DNA from: Trichoplax adhaerens
Taxonomy: Eukaryota; Animalia; Placozoa
NCBI RefSeq assembly: GCF_000150275.1
Contig: NW_002060955.1
Coordinates: 1,758,024-1,822,023 of the forward strand
Reading direction: 5' to 3'
DNA: 64,000 nucleotides
This document shows positions 1 to 13,885 of the stretch, piece by piece (position 1 is the stretch's first letter; every line of letters begins with the position of its first letter). The translations under genes and the position numbers were made by a program. Below the pieces are notes generated by a model, which was given only the letters and a program-made list of their open reading frames with translations, was not told where the DNA came from and did no database searches.

Positions 1-237
1 GCATGTCAAGTCTAACGAGTATTTCTTGATGATTTTCTCATCCATGATATCGTGGTTGTGGTTTTCGATCGGTAGATGTATTGATTCTACTGACTATATA
101 TTCTACGAGCGTGATCTTAAGCTCCATTACGTCATAATACGATGAACAATAACGGTGAAAAAGCCATGATGATTTTACAAGAATGCAATTAAAACCTTGC
201 AGCCCGTTCATGCGTAGGCATACCTAAAGATACTTAC

Positions 238-324
238 CGGAGTGGATGCATCCTGTGCACTCTTGACGACATCTTCTTCTTGTTGAAAGACGTCCAAGTC
301 CAGTGGTATCGTAAAATCATCCAT
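238..324 (-). CDS. Putative first coding exon of an unidentified gene running off the left end (MDDFTIPLDLDVFQQEEDVVKSAQDASTP)
   Basis: ATG at 324, 29 open codons, then a perfect GTAAGT donor at 237; head-to-head with SLAIN; no family recognised. Confidence 0.45.
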
Positions 325-352
325 TGCTTTAATTGGCTTGCAACGATAACGT

Positions 353-366
353 GTTACAATGGCAAC
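353..366. promoter_or_regulatory. RFX X-box-like palindrome GTTACAATGGCAAC
   Basis: One mismatch to the GTTRCCATGGYAAC consensus, ~30 nt upstream of the ATG at 324. Confidence 0.4.
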
Positions 367-730
367 GTGATCGCCTTTTCGAGGCTTAACAGAAAACTGG
401 ATGTAGACTGCACAAGTTGATCAAGGCGGTAGCCAATGGATGCCCTGGCAATGATCCAATTTGCTTTGACTGCTATTATTCTCAAACAGAGGATGCAAAT
501 ACTCGCTTGCACAATTGGATCAGTAGAATAACGTTAATGAAACTCTGGCACTTTCATCAATGACCAATCACAACTGATAGAAGGAAAGAAATTTCTTCTT
601 GTTAGACCATCCTAGTTCTACAAGGCTGAAAAAGGTCGTGGAGAAGAGGAATTTGGATCATCCTTCTCTTGCTTGGCACTCTATCAGGCTGAGCAAGGAG
701 TTGCGCCAAAAGCAAACATGTACGAGCAGG

Positions 731-980
731 TACGCTACAGTACTGTCCACTGTACTGTGCAGAATAAGCTGTCATCCCTAGGGTGATTTCTGTCTTATTG
801 ATCGTGTGATACGCGTTGAAAACCGATGACACGTTATTGACCAGCTGGAGGACGTACGGTACAGTACTGTACACTGTACTGTGCAGAATAAGCTGTCATC
901 CCTAGAGTAATTTCTGTCTTACTGATCGTGTGATACGCGTTGAAAACCGATGACACGTTATTGACCAGCTCGAGTACAGT
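731..980. repeat. Direct tandem duplication, 124-nt unit x2, within a TACAGT-rich tract
   Basis: 'gcagaataagctgtcatcccta...gatacgcgttgaaaaccgatgacacgttattgaccagct' occurs in units starting 731 and 855. Confidence 0.9.
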
Positions 981-1411
981 GTAAAAGCAGATTGTACTGT
1001 AAAAATGTAGAGTACTGTACTGTACGTTGGATTGATAAAAAGCAGAATACCGTCTTGACACCTACAGTACTGTACTGTACAGTATACAGTAATATAGATC
1101 CTGGAGTCGCACACAGCACAGTATGCTGTGGAAATCATACAGTACTGTACACTGTGCAGTAATATACTGTACAGTGTACAGTGTACAGTACAGCATAGTA
1201 CTCTACTAATCTGTACTGTAGCCCGAATTTCGACTACCGTGACAATAGTTTTGCTTAAGCTGTTGCTCAATATTCACAGGCGTACATGATATTCTATTGT
1301 CTAGTGTCTACTCAACGACTCATAAACTGGTAGATTAAGTACTATAGCGTACAGTACATTGTCTTTGTTGATGGCCCGATGAATGCGAGTCATGGCTGAA
1401 ATCCACTGCGG

Positions 1412-2060
1412 ATGGCTTTCAAAATCATATCGTGCCTACAGTACGGAATCATGATCGCATTCTGTGAAACTGTGTGTAAAATAAATGTCGTAGAAAGCTG
1501 ATATACTATACTGTAATTTACGACATATGTTTTCCACGAGCCTATACCGTACTATACTGTACTGTACAGTGTACAGTACTGTGATTTGGTGCATCGGTTT
1601 GCACTCTGGAGTCTCCATACTAGACAGACTGATAGATGGACCCTAAAATCGTTAGCCTACAGTAGACCTACTGAAACAACTGCACAGCTACCTAGTAATG
1701 ATAGCAATGGCAGCTAAGGCTTTCAAAATCATGTCGTGCCTATAGTAAGGGAACCATGATCGCATTGTGTGAAACTGTGTGTAAAATCAATGTCGTAGAA
1801 AGCTGATACACTATAGTGTAATTGACACCTTCATTTGCGACATCTGTTTTCCACGGATCGATACGGTACTGTACTATACTGCGATTTCGTGACTGTGTCA
1901 CGTCTTGCTAGTGGACAGACTGACATATGGACCCCACAATCGTTAGACTATAGTAAACCTAGTGAAACAACGGCATACTGGAAGTAGGCGCGTCTCCATA
2001 CTGGACATACTGACGAACGGACAGGAGGAAGATTGGCTTAAAGTAGACCTACTGAAACAT
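1412..2060. repeat. Degenerate tandem repeat, ~305-nt unit x2 plus a partial third copy
   Basis: 'ggctttcaaaatcat.tcgtgccta...gtgaaactgtgtgtaaaat.aatgtcgtagaaagctgata' at ~1414 and ~1718; 'gtagacctactgaaaca'-like block three times. Confidence 0.85.
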
Positions 2061-2488
2061 TAGTGCAGCTCGCTAGCAACGGTATACCGAAAAGACAAGC
2101 TCAAGACCAAGTGGACGCAAGCCAATCCATGCAGCCAATTCAAATTGACAGTTATTCTTCTCGCCAAGCTGAGGATAAAAACACTTTCTCGATCTTGGCC
2201 TTGATTGCAATGATGGAAAATCATCCAATCAACTAATGTACAGTTGTTATCCATCATGTCCTTAGCGGAGAGACGATTGAACGATCTTGTAGGTGGTAGA
2301 AAAGCCAAGAAATTGGTCTCCGTTAATTGAATTATTGATCGATCGAAAACAATTTAGTGGCATCGTCCTCAACATCGTTGCTGACAAGTACAACGCTAAA
2401 GCAATTTGAAATTATTGATTTCATCGACATTCGTTTCCATTTCTTCTATAATCGATACACAGGTAGTTTCCAATGTAACATAATTATC

Positions 2489-5400
2489 ATGGAAGATTCA
2501 AGTATCCATGCTGATGGCTTTGATGCCAATCATTACGATGATGATGATCAAGTACGAAGTTTACAAGAAAGAGTCAAGCAATTAGAATTGCAAAATAAGA
2601 TCTTACAACAACAAAATCAATTGGATGAAGAACACAATAAATTCAATTTAAACGATGTTCCATTAATCGATTTGAAACAGCCAACCATCCATGATGATAA
2701 CGAAGACAGTTGGTGAGGATAACTTATAAATAGTGAATATATCAACATTCACTTTCATCCATCATACAGTGCATCACTTGGAAGCGATCATATGTTGACC
2801 TAAAAGTGAATCACCATCTTGAGCTGATTGTGTTGATACTCTTTCGTCATATGTTAGGAGATAGCTAATTTTCTCAATAGGATCTTCCAGTAAATCGTCA
2901 ATTTTACTCCATTGACGATCTATACTTGTACATAGATTGAAATCATTCAAAATCGCAATCGAGTTGACTTTCTATGCATACGGCATTAGACGGTATTCGA
3001 CGTACTTAAATTTGAAATGTAATGGAAACGACTGCAGCTTGTCAATGTTCGTATACTTTACTAGAACTGATTTAAGGTGTGCTTGAATTGTTTTAGTTGT
3101 TGATCCTCTTCCCTTCCCATCTCCCTACAAATTGTTTCAGCATACTGTAGACACAGTGTTTATTTAGATGACTACGCTGAATGGCTATTCTCAATCTTTG
3201 ATATGACAGTATAAAAGTCTTATGAGTAACTTAATAATAATTATCATTTGATGATCAATCATGGCGCCGTCCAGTCTGCTACAATGACTACAGTAAACTA
3301 CACTTTCCATTAAACCACGACACCTAGATGATCCCCGTTCAAGTCCGTCGTAATCCCGATTTTATCCCTTACATGGACATTTTCTCTATGTGCCTTAATC
3401 TTAATTATGTTGAGGAGTCATGCCCTGCCAACTGCCACTATTAAAACAGCAGCAGCTTAAAAATATTTACACTTGGCGCTATCCTACCGTGCTAGTCTGC
3501 AAATCATCATGCTGATGATAGGATGGATGTTCGAATTATACAGTAATTGAAGATTAAGGAGGAAATGCATGATACACGTGAAATGGTAGGCATAGCTATC
3601 CCATGCTAGCCAAAATGATTAGACAATACATTATCCTAAATTGAATTAATGAGTCATTCTATCCACTAAACAATCAATCAATGATGCATTTGTATTAAAG
3701 TCTTCTCGTCTTTTGACCGCTTATATTGGATTGTTTTAGCTTAATCTTCCTTCAAGTGCTCCAATAACAAACTCAATTATAATTAACGACATTGATTGCG
3801 TATGTGTCTGCGATATTACCATCTTTAATTTAGCCTATTTAGTTATAATCGGTAATCGTGATCCGTTTTTTGAAAAAGAGGATTAAATAGAAGAAAGCTC
3901 AACACTACATGTATAGTATAATTCAATTGAAGCAAATATGAAGTGTCGAAAGCTCTGAAATTAACAAGGCGCATTAGCTACCTTTCATTACTTTAAGTCA
4001 TAGCAAATAACGAATAACTTTAACAAATCAATGTTAATATGATCTAGCATCAGTAATAATTATATAATCAATCTATTACTTTTTGCAGCCGCAAATCTTG
4101 CATTATTCCAATCCTTTTTAATAGTCTGTGAAAAATTATTTAGTTCTTCCAATACTTTTTAAATAATTAGTAAAGGACGTCATGAATGATTGGATTAACA
4201 CTCAAATCATCCATTTTGTATGCGCGTATAAATATACAAAGAGCAAACGTTTGTTAGCACCTTGATGGAGTATTAACATGGATTTTACCATGGCAATGGT
4301 AACCTATTCTTTCAATAGGCTTTATGAATCACCAAAAGCTCATCCGACACCAGAACAAAAACTACAGAGCCCATGGAAATGGATGGAAGTAGGTTCTTAT
4401 GATGAACTACAAGAAATTCGCGGTAATCTTGCTTCAAGATTTAACCAAGCTAGCAATGATCACCCAGGTTTGTAACTTGTTTATGAATTCAACGCTATGC
4501 TCAATTTCAAGTAAAATGCAAAGTGCAATAATGGATAGATAAACATCAGCATAGCTGAATTAATTAATATTTTTCATAATTTAAATGAATAGCCAGCATT
4601 ACGCGTCTACCAAGTCAATGCAATTTTCAACCTACAGTACAATATTATAGCGTGGATTATATTCATGACTATCTCAATTACTTTAGATCACTTAAATACA
4701 TCTGGCAGTCTATCATATGCGAATCGACGCTATTCGGATCTTAGTCAGGTTTCGCGATCAACTGCACGCTTATCAAAGAAAGCGTTTACTTCGCCTCCTT
4801 CTATCAAAATTCATGGCAAAGGTAATCGCCAGGAATTACAACAGGATGTAAATAATAATCATGCAGATTCCAATTTATTACATAAAAGTGCATCAAACAT
4901 TTCCAATGGTGATGGCGGCTCGAAAATCAAACTACTCTCAGACACTAATTTACGACGACACTCTTTAAACACAAACAATAATCGTTCAATCCCTAGCAGC
5001 TGGAAGCTCTAATCGCTCCATCGCAGGAAGTGGATTATCGCCAAGAGGTAGTATAGAGAACTTAAACGATGGTGGATCACGACTTGGTTTAAGAAGACCT
5101 AATCTAACGACGAAGCAGACTCTGCAAGTTGGTACTCCAGTTGCACAGAGTCGTCAATTTAGCCGATCTACTAATGATGGTAAGATATTAGTGCCAGTGA
5201 GATTGCTTTGCATACGTTCATGTTATTTATCGTTTCTATTAACAATAACACAGTGATACAACCTGCCTTCTGTATCTGGTAAAGTAGGTAGTCTATACTG
5301 TCATTAAATTTCATGTTGTGTAAATCATTATTGATATACACGATCTTAACAGTTTCAGGTGATGCTAACAATAATAATTCAGCAATGATCAGATTTGGTA

Positions 5401-5739
5401 CCTTCAGACGTTCGTCAGATGTACCACCCCGTACCCTGAATGCTTCTTATACTAATCTTCATAAAGCTGATTCTACATCACTTTTAGCGCCAAACCCCAT
5501 TACAAAATCAGCCATTGCTAGATCATCCCCCTCCATCCCCCGTGGTAAATCCGGAATTACACCCCCACGGTATGTAGCAATAGGTATTTTCGCGGCCGTT
5601 GTATTATCATTATGGTTAGAGTTAAACATCTATTAACTATAATAATCAATTATTTTTATGAAGTCGTCAAGGAATTCCCCGGACAGTCCAACAAACACCC
5701 AAAGCTCAAGAGCAAGAAGACGATTTCGAATATTATTAA
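2489..5739 (+). CDS. SLAIN: SLAIN motif-containing microtubule plus-end tracking protein (multi-exon)
   Basis: N-terminal coiled coil VRSLQERVKQLELQN and 'EDSW|LYESPK...QSPWKW' match SLAIN1/2; Ser/Arg-rich low-complexity middle; acidic-aromatic tail EDDFEYY*. Exons ~2489-2712, 4319-4468, 4688-5179 (frame problem, see findings), ~5353-5569, ~5663-5739. Confidence 0.8.
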
Positions 5740-7390
5740 TAAATACCTTTTACTACTGCGATATCCTACTCTACCTTTGTGAAAATCGCAAACAAACAGC
5801 ATTACTCATATCATGGAATAAATAGCTTTAATGGTTCATCGCTCAAATTCGATAAATTGGAACCGATCTTACCATTTTACTTAGCTATTACGGAAAGAGC
5901 TGATGATTTTTCAAATTATTGAAAAACAACGTCACATTTCAACGGATTGTCATAATAACTGTAATAATTCAAAGCTAAATTGATACAATAATGTCAGATT
6001 GATTATATTATCTGATAAATCTTGCCTCGTTATTGAAATGTATTTATTTATGAATTTATTAAATGTACAGATGAGTAGCTTTCATATCAATTCGATCAGA
6101 TGGTTTACCATGTTTTAGAATAGAGGTTACAATGCATAATTAATATGTCCCTATTTGCCTGTGTTGCTGGCGGGTTTTGCAAGCATTAGAATTAACAATG
6201 GTTATTGTATGTTATATAGTGATGTCAATATCGCATTGAAAACCAATATAGAAATTAATTGGCGACTTTCGTCTAAAGTTTTTATTGTTGCTCAAATTTA
6301 TGAAATTTATGGAACGTTAATTCCAGTTTTACGACATTTATGTAATTATGATACGGTAAACTACATTGTTGTTATTACTGTACTTAAATGTTTATTAGCC
6401 TTGCTTGTAAATGAAGTTTTTATTGCTGCACTCTTTACCTAGATTTAATCCTTTAAAAACTGTCAAGTTGAGTATTTACTACTGTATTACGGCCAAAGAA
6501 AGCAATAAGCAAAAATATTTCGATTTCACTCTTTTTTTTGTTTTTCGACTAAGTTATTCTACATGGAATTCTATTGTACTCGTACATCCAGATTAAGTAA
6601 ACGGCTTCTTTATCTGTATATCGCTGTCTTATAGGGGTGCAATTCATCAATTAAACATTCATAATTTAGAAATCATTCAAATACATTTATTTAAAAATAT
6701 GTTGTACCTTATTTACAGTTAGTTCTACAGCATTATAATTTAGAATTGCTACAATTTAAAGAATCGCAAATCAATCTATTTATTGCATTACTACGTTCCA
6801 GCTGGTATCATACATTGCGTTTTTGTTTTACGTTGAGGTGCGTATATATATATATACAGGATAGCCCATACAATAGTAAAATGGCTGGCTAGCGCTTCAT
6901 TCTGGCATTACTATTTACCGATGGATGGTAACATGAATAAAAATAGTTGTCAAACACTAACTACTGTCGATAATTGATTTTTCGTTAATGACAGTCAGGA
7001 ATATTAAATCGATCGTCATGATACAGATAGTTATTTACGTGATTGCTTAATTAATAAAAAACAAACATTTGATAGGAGGATTATAATTAATTATAAACAG
7101 AGTCAAGAAAGTTGAAATGAATCAATCTAAAGTTGCATATTTACATTCACAGTCACTTAAAATACCAACATCTATATTGAATTGAACTCATAGAGGTAAG
7201 AAGACTGTATGATTGAGCTAACTAATTTAATCGAATTGTATATATTACTATACAATAATATCGTTTTTCTGAATCCAGGTATAAAGCGTCTTTAGTGTAG
7301 GTGTAACAGTAAGACCAACGCAGTGATATTAATAAGACTTCAGATACAATCAGTAAACGACAGAAGAGGGCATGTCATACGCGTTTCCTT

Positions 7391-10300
7391 TTACCAATCG
7401 AAAGCTTCATCATCAGATAATGCATTCCTAATTTCATAAATCAACCATTACAAAATATATAATTTTTGTCGATGAATTAGTAAAGTTATTATGGCTTGGG
7501 CTATAACAATTAAGTAATAGCAAGAATAATCACTTTATCTAATCCGAGCTATACGCCGTCAAAATCTGAATAATTATTTATCGATATCAATTGCCAGCTA
7601 CTTACATTCCTATATCTTCCTGTAATAAAGAATCTTCCTTTAATGAGGACTCCGAACGGTAAGATAACGTTTCCTATAATGTAATGGAGCATAAATATAA
7701 ATTATAGCTCCAAATCAAAAATCTATAAAATTATATCTCTTCTAAAAATACAACGAACCTCATCTTTGGTCGCAACCTTACTCGGCTTGGAAACTTCTGC
7801 TGCAGTCTATTTAAGTAAGTTTTTTCAAGTCAAATTATTATTAAGTGTTTTAAAGTCCATGAAACGTAAAGCTATTATTTAATTTCGCCGTACCGCACTT
7901 TCTTCCCGACGTTTTTTAACCAGTTCCATATAGTGCAACATAACCGGGTCAACCCCACCCATGCTAGAATCTTCCATTTGCTGCTTTTCATCGCTACGTT
8001 TTTCAACCTCCTGCTTCGATTTCTGTTCTTCTTCTTCACGGGCTCTTTTTTCGTTTTCAATGGCTTCCTTTTCTCTTCGTTCCTGCTCTTGTTGTTGTTG
8101 CTGTAACAGTTCTAGTTCTCGTTGCTCCTTTTCCCAAGCCTCTTGCTGTAGTCTTTTTTGCTCTTCCTCTTTCCTCCTTTTTTCTTCCTCCCAGGTCAAG
8201 GTTTCTTCTTCTTCTTTATCCATTACCAATTGAGCTTCATTTACTATATCGTCGCTTTCATGTCTTGTTTCATTACTCGATTTGGAAATAGTATCTACTT
8301 TAGTTGATGTATCTGTCCTATCAAAATCACTTTGTAAGCGTGTATACTCGACATTGGAAGTAGGCATGTCTCCGTGATTTGAACTAGGATTTCGATGACT
8401 TAAATTCTCCTCATTCTTTACTATTCTGTCTTCAAATATACCAGTGGATGGCTCAGTATCACTGCCAGAACGGTCATGTGTAATTACTTGTCTATTGTTT
8501 GCTAATGAAATGACTGAAGTATGGTAATTATTTGCAATCGGTGTTACGTTTTCGTCATGTTCAGTATGCAACGCTATTGGTCTAGATGAGGTAGACGCTA
8601 TGGTTGTCGTTGGAACAGTTGATAATGACGTAGTTGCCGTGGTATGAAGATACTGATTTGATAACACTACATCGAATGTTGAACCGATTTTAAATGATTG
8701 TTCTCTTTGAGATGGTTCTGTTACAGTTGAAGGCTTGGAATTAATAATGTTGTCACTGCTTTTGAGTTTAGAGCGCCTCTGCGGTAGTCCTTCAGCAACT
8801 ACAAGCAAGTAATAATACGTCATGAATACTTCTATTTGAGACATAGCTTTCATAAATAATGACCTATTTACCTGTATTACTTGTTGATATTTCAGGATAT
8901 ACATTTTCAGATCCAACTGATGTAGTCGAAACTAGAGGCATCCTTTTAGGTAGTAATGATTCAGTAACTATCGCAGCTGGAACAACTTGTGAATGAGTTA
9001 ACCGTGATATATTATTAGTAGATACTGCATCTGAATGAGCAGTGGGTAGGTTAGAAAATGATGGAATTTGTGTAATGCTGTGGGTAGAAATAGGGCGCCT
9101 ACTATCGACATTGTAGCTAGGTCCATCAAAAGAACGATCACCCCAAGCAAATTTGTGATTGATTTCATTCGGCTGTCCCTCGACAGCAATTGCATCATGA
9201 GTGTTGGTAGGATTTGAGGCTGTTGACCCATGATCGAGATAGTTGCGATAGGAGCGCTGTATGGCCTACAGAAGACGTTCCATTAGAAGGTTATACTGTA
9301 TATCCTAAGCAAGGTTAACTTTACTGTTGATCAATACGATCACGTAATAAGTCTATGTATTCACCTCGGTTTGTAATTCTAATTTCTGTAGCTTTTGTCT
9401 CGCATTGATAGCGACAGATTCAACATCTTCCGCAGTATCTTTTGTTGTTGCGTTAGTCTGTAGGCCATGGCTTAGATCATTACTACTTTCTCGATGGGTC
9501 AATGATGAATTGCCAGCAAGGACTGTTGGAATCAATATCGAAATTGCAAGTATTATTGCTATAGCATAGAAGTTAAAATCATGCTCAATTACTAAAAGTG
9601 CATTAATTTTAAGGACTTACGTCGATTTATTCGTTCTGATGTTGCAGCTGCTTGCTCAAGAATGGATTTATCGCCACTATCAGTACGTTTTAATAACGAT
9701 TTCATAGCAGCTGATCGATCAGGGTTTAAAATTGAATCAGGAATGGGTCTCGATCGATCCAAGTCTACTTCTTGAGTTCTACGTTTCATTTGTAGACTAA
9801 GCGCAGTTTGTGCTTGATGTAGAGCAAGACGTAAGTCGGAAATTTCTCGATTCATTTCTCTCTGATGCAGAAGCTGCTCTTCAAATCTTTGACGAATATT
9901 TCGATTACGATCTATTTCAGCTTGTTGTACTGCTTGTAATTGTTGTATTTGCTGAGCATGTTGTAAACGCATATTGTGATTGATTTCTCTGAGTTGCTTC
10001 ACTTCTTGCCTTAAATTAATCTATTAATCAATGTAACTTTTCATTTAGAAGTTGTAGGAGTCTTACTACATGTAGTTTTCTATAGATAGGTCACTTACAA
10101 CTTCTTCCGACGGTTGCAATAATTTATGGGTTAGCTTCTCGATTTCTTTCGACGACGTTGTTTTTTCGTCATTAAGTTGCTCTAATTGTTTCTGGCTATT
10201 ACTTAATTGCTCACATAGAACGACTAGGCGCTCTCTTAAAACATTATAATCTGATACTTCTTCAATGCGTCTACGTAAATGTTCCTTCTGTTCTTTCACT

Positions 10301-13195
10301 ACAGCCAGCTCTTGCCTGGTTCCCTCTAGTGTTTCCTGTACATTTAAAGAGCAGCAATTAAGATTATTCTAAACCTTGCTTAGGCGGTACCCATTATTGA
10401 ATAAGGTCTATTTATATTGATGAAAATTTTACCCGAAGTTGTGATATTAAGCTTTTATAATCTTCTATTTCTTGCACTAATTTACGATGAAATGCTTCAT
10501 CTTTATCCGATCTGGCAAGATTTTCCTTTAGTTTAGCTTCTCTTATGTCGAGATTACGCGATTTTTGTATAAATTGTTCTTGTGTTTCGAGTTTAATTCT
10601 GTTTCAAATTAAAAATTACCACAAGTGTCAGGTTAGTAGAGTTAATTACACAGTATGAAAGATTATCACTTCTTTGATAGTAACGTAAGACAGACAGTAG
10701 AATCATGCCTGGTAATATTGTCTTCCAGATCCCGCTGATATCTTTGCTCTAAATTACTGATTGAAGTTTCCTTCATTCGGATGCGCTCTTCGGCAGCTCG
10801 GGCTTTCTCACTTTCTAATTTTTGAGATCTGAATAGGCAAAACATGTTGTTAATTTTTACAAATCATTTCGTACCATGTTACAGCAACACTTTTAGGCAT
10901 AGCCTATTATCTTATGTTTTATTTCCATATCTGAGTTACGTAGCTTACTGTTCGTTAAGCTCAAAACAACGCTTCAATTCCAGTTCTTTTGATCGAACCA
11001 TTTCTAGTTGTTCAAGTATTGATTGGCGCTGCAAATGCAATTGGGCTTCCTTTTCTAACTCTTGATTACGAAGGTGTTGCATCGTATCTTCTTCTTTCCT
11101 TCGTAGCGCTTCCTTTTTTTGATAATAGTCTTGCTCTAGCTCTTTCCTTATGGTCTGCAATTCTTGCTGGTATTTGGTTCGTTCTTCCAGGCGCATCTTA
11201 GTAAGGGTTACATTTTCGAATCGTTCCATCTACAGTAGGATAATTATTTATTGGTATTAGATGTTGTTCTATAGTCATGACCGATATATATTTATAAAAG
11301 TAAGACATACTTCAACTTTTGCCTGCGCGATACATCTTGTTTCTATTTCTTTTTCCATAGCAATTAATTTATCTTCCACAGAATCGTGATTCTTGTCACG
11401 GGTATGATGGCTGTCCATTACGGTTTGATCTAAAATTTGAAGTCTTTGGTCTAAATTTTAATAAACAGTAATAAGCAACAAATGTAAGCTTAAAATGGGT
11501 TGCTTAACATGAAAGTGATTCGGTTGTAATTACTTAGATGTTCTTGAGTGAGTATCGGCTGTTGATCGGTTTGACAGCTATTATCCAATCGAGGAATTGG
11601 TTTGACTTGATTTTGGTTCAAGAAGTAATCTAACAATACTATTAAAAGACTTTGTTCCGCGGTGGTTGTTAAAGCAATGGCTTTACGATAGAACGGATCA
11701 TTTGGTTGAAACTTCATAAAATCGATGATATCGGGTATGTTGTATACCTACATGAGTGTTGTATGAAATTAATAAGATTTTAAATAGCCAATTTTTGATC
11801 GTTCTATTAACTTTCAGTAATTGAAACGCTATATCAGACAATTACTCTATGCAATCGCATATGATTGTAGGTAGAACGAGTGCATTAGGTAGGAAAATTT
11901 CCACCTTAATTACTGGCTTTTATATGATAAATCATGTCAATAGATCTGATTAAGCTTCTATTGTTAATATTACGTGACTTTTCTTATTGCAGTAATCCAT
12001 TACCTTATCTTCTGATAAATTGCATTCTGGCAGGTAGACCGATAAAGCGTAATCGTATCGATACGTCTTTAAATGGTTGCAAATGATGCTATTGCCCACA
12101 TCCAAATTTAATTGATTGACAGTTTGTTCACAATGATTGATGTTGGATGTTAATACGCCTTGGCGTTGCTGAAGCTCATCAACCATTTTCTTGCGCAATT
12201 GAGACTGGTAAAGAAAACATTTGAGAGTTAATTTTTATATTTAAGGTCGATCATTTTATGATCTATTTACTGGCTAAAACTAGAATATACGTTGTAGTAA
12301 GTATGTCGCTGCAAAGCTAAACTATTGTCTAATCTACAAAACCTTTCCTAGTCATGGTAGAGATGAGATGAATGGTAGCATTTTTGTTGGATTGATTCAT
12401 CCATTTGATCATTTGGATATTATTATTGTACTATACTCACTCACTGAGGGATATGGATACTGTACAGTAGAGAGATTGATCCATGGCATATGAGTTACTA
12501 TCGACTGGAATGGGATGCACTAAGATAGTAAAGGGAGTTGAGCCTGTGAAGGAAGTTTTACTGTACAGTGTCGATTGTACAATCTATACGCGTCTAGCAG
12601 GATACATTGAATAACTTGGATAGTTAGGGTTGAGCGCATTCTAACAGTAGGTTATGACTAATCCTGGAGTATTTCATTTATTTGTTGTAGCTGCATTGCT
12701 TTGTGTTGCCGTATCGTATCCAAATGATGTTCTAGGAGAGTGAAAAGAAGGTGAAGGACTTTATGACGTTCCCTTGTTCAATGATGGGACTTTAGTTGAA
12801 TTCTCCAAACTGTTTACAATGTAGAGTACAGTAAATGAGTTGTATTGGTTTGATGTTCAAAGTAGTATTCCAATTGCACTAGGTAATCAATGGAATAAGT
12901 GAGCTACTGTACTTTTGAATGACGATTGAAATAGTCTGTGATGGTTTCTACAGATGTACTGTTGGTCGATGGGTTCTCCTTTTGTTATATCGAGGCCATT
13001 TAAGTTGTGGTACTCCATCTCATCGCTAAACTACGCTATAGTGCCTGCCTATGGGAATGACGATGGTAAAGTCCAGGATGAAAACATTGCTTACGTTACC
13101 TTCAAAGTCGTCAATATCCCACGCTGGCGAAAGTTATGAAATAACTTGAGTTTCAATTCTTCTTCCGATAGAGTTGGTTCTTCCAAGTCCACCAT
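7391..13195 (-). CDS. OFD1: Oral-facial-digital syndrome 1 centriole/basal-body protein (multi-exon)
   Basis: LSEEELKLKLFHNFRQRGILTTLK|SQLRKKMVDEL; LisH-like NSIICNHLKTYRYDYALSVYLPECNL; long coiled coils; VDPVMLHYMELVK; ends SDDEAFDW*. Confidence 0.9.
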
Positions 13196-13885
13196 GATTT
13201 AAGCTTGTAATGGCGATGACTAATCTCAGTAGAATGAGTGCAATAAGTCAAGACAGAATGGTTGAAATCAATCCAAGATTGAACACGATCACCAAGGTGA
13301 TAATCAAGCTTGCGGTTGTGCAACTTGGTGGTACTGGTACCTGTCCCTTTCCGTCATGGATCCCTGCTGACGGCTGAAGATTTTCCACTAGGATCACGTC
13401 GATCCACGTCTAGTTGGGTCTAGTAATCAATGGATTCCTTCTTGTCAATGTATCAATCTCCATAGACGTCGATGGCTGACTGACTATTTCTCTATTTGGT
13501 CAGCAGCTTGGAGAATAATTTGAAATTTGAATTTTGAGCTGCAGCAAATTGGCTGGAGGCGAGGCTACAGTACTGTACTACAGTATAGCGCTGGAATGGA
13601 GAGAGTGGAAATTGCTGTTTTCTACTGTGGTACTGAGTGCGCCAACGGCAGGTCTGTTAACGTATCGCGCGGGAAAATACTGTAGTAGAAGTGGGGTGGA
13701 CTACAGTACGTTGTACTGTAGTTCCCACCCTGACGGAGGATCCGTACGTCCGCACTGCCATGTCGCGAGCGCCATTCCACAGTACTGTACACTACAGTAC
13801 ATTGTACAGTGGTGTACCTAGTGTACAGTACAGTGTACAGTACTGTCCAATGGTGTGCATCGAATTGCTGTCCATCACCTTCCAT

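Noticed and set aside
599-2308. Short ORFs rich in TVQY/YSTV (also 13534-14706 and 31157-31375)
   Set aside because: Translations of the stop-poor TACAGT repeat tracts; no splice structure or family similarity
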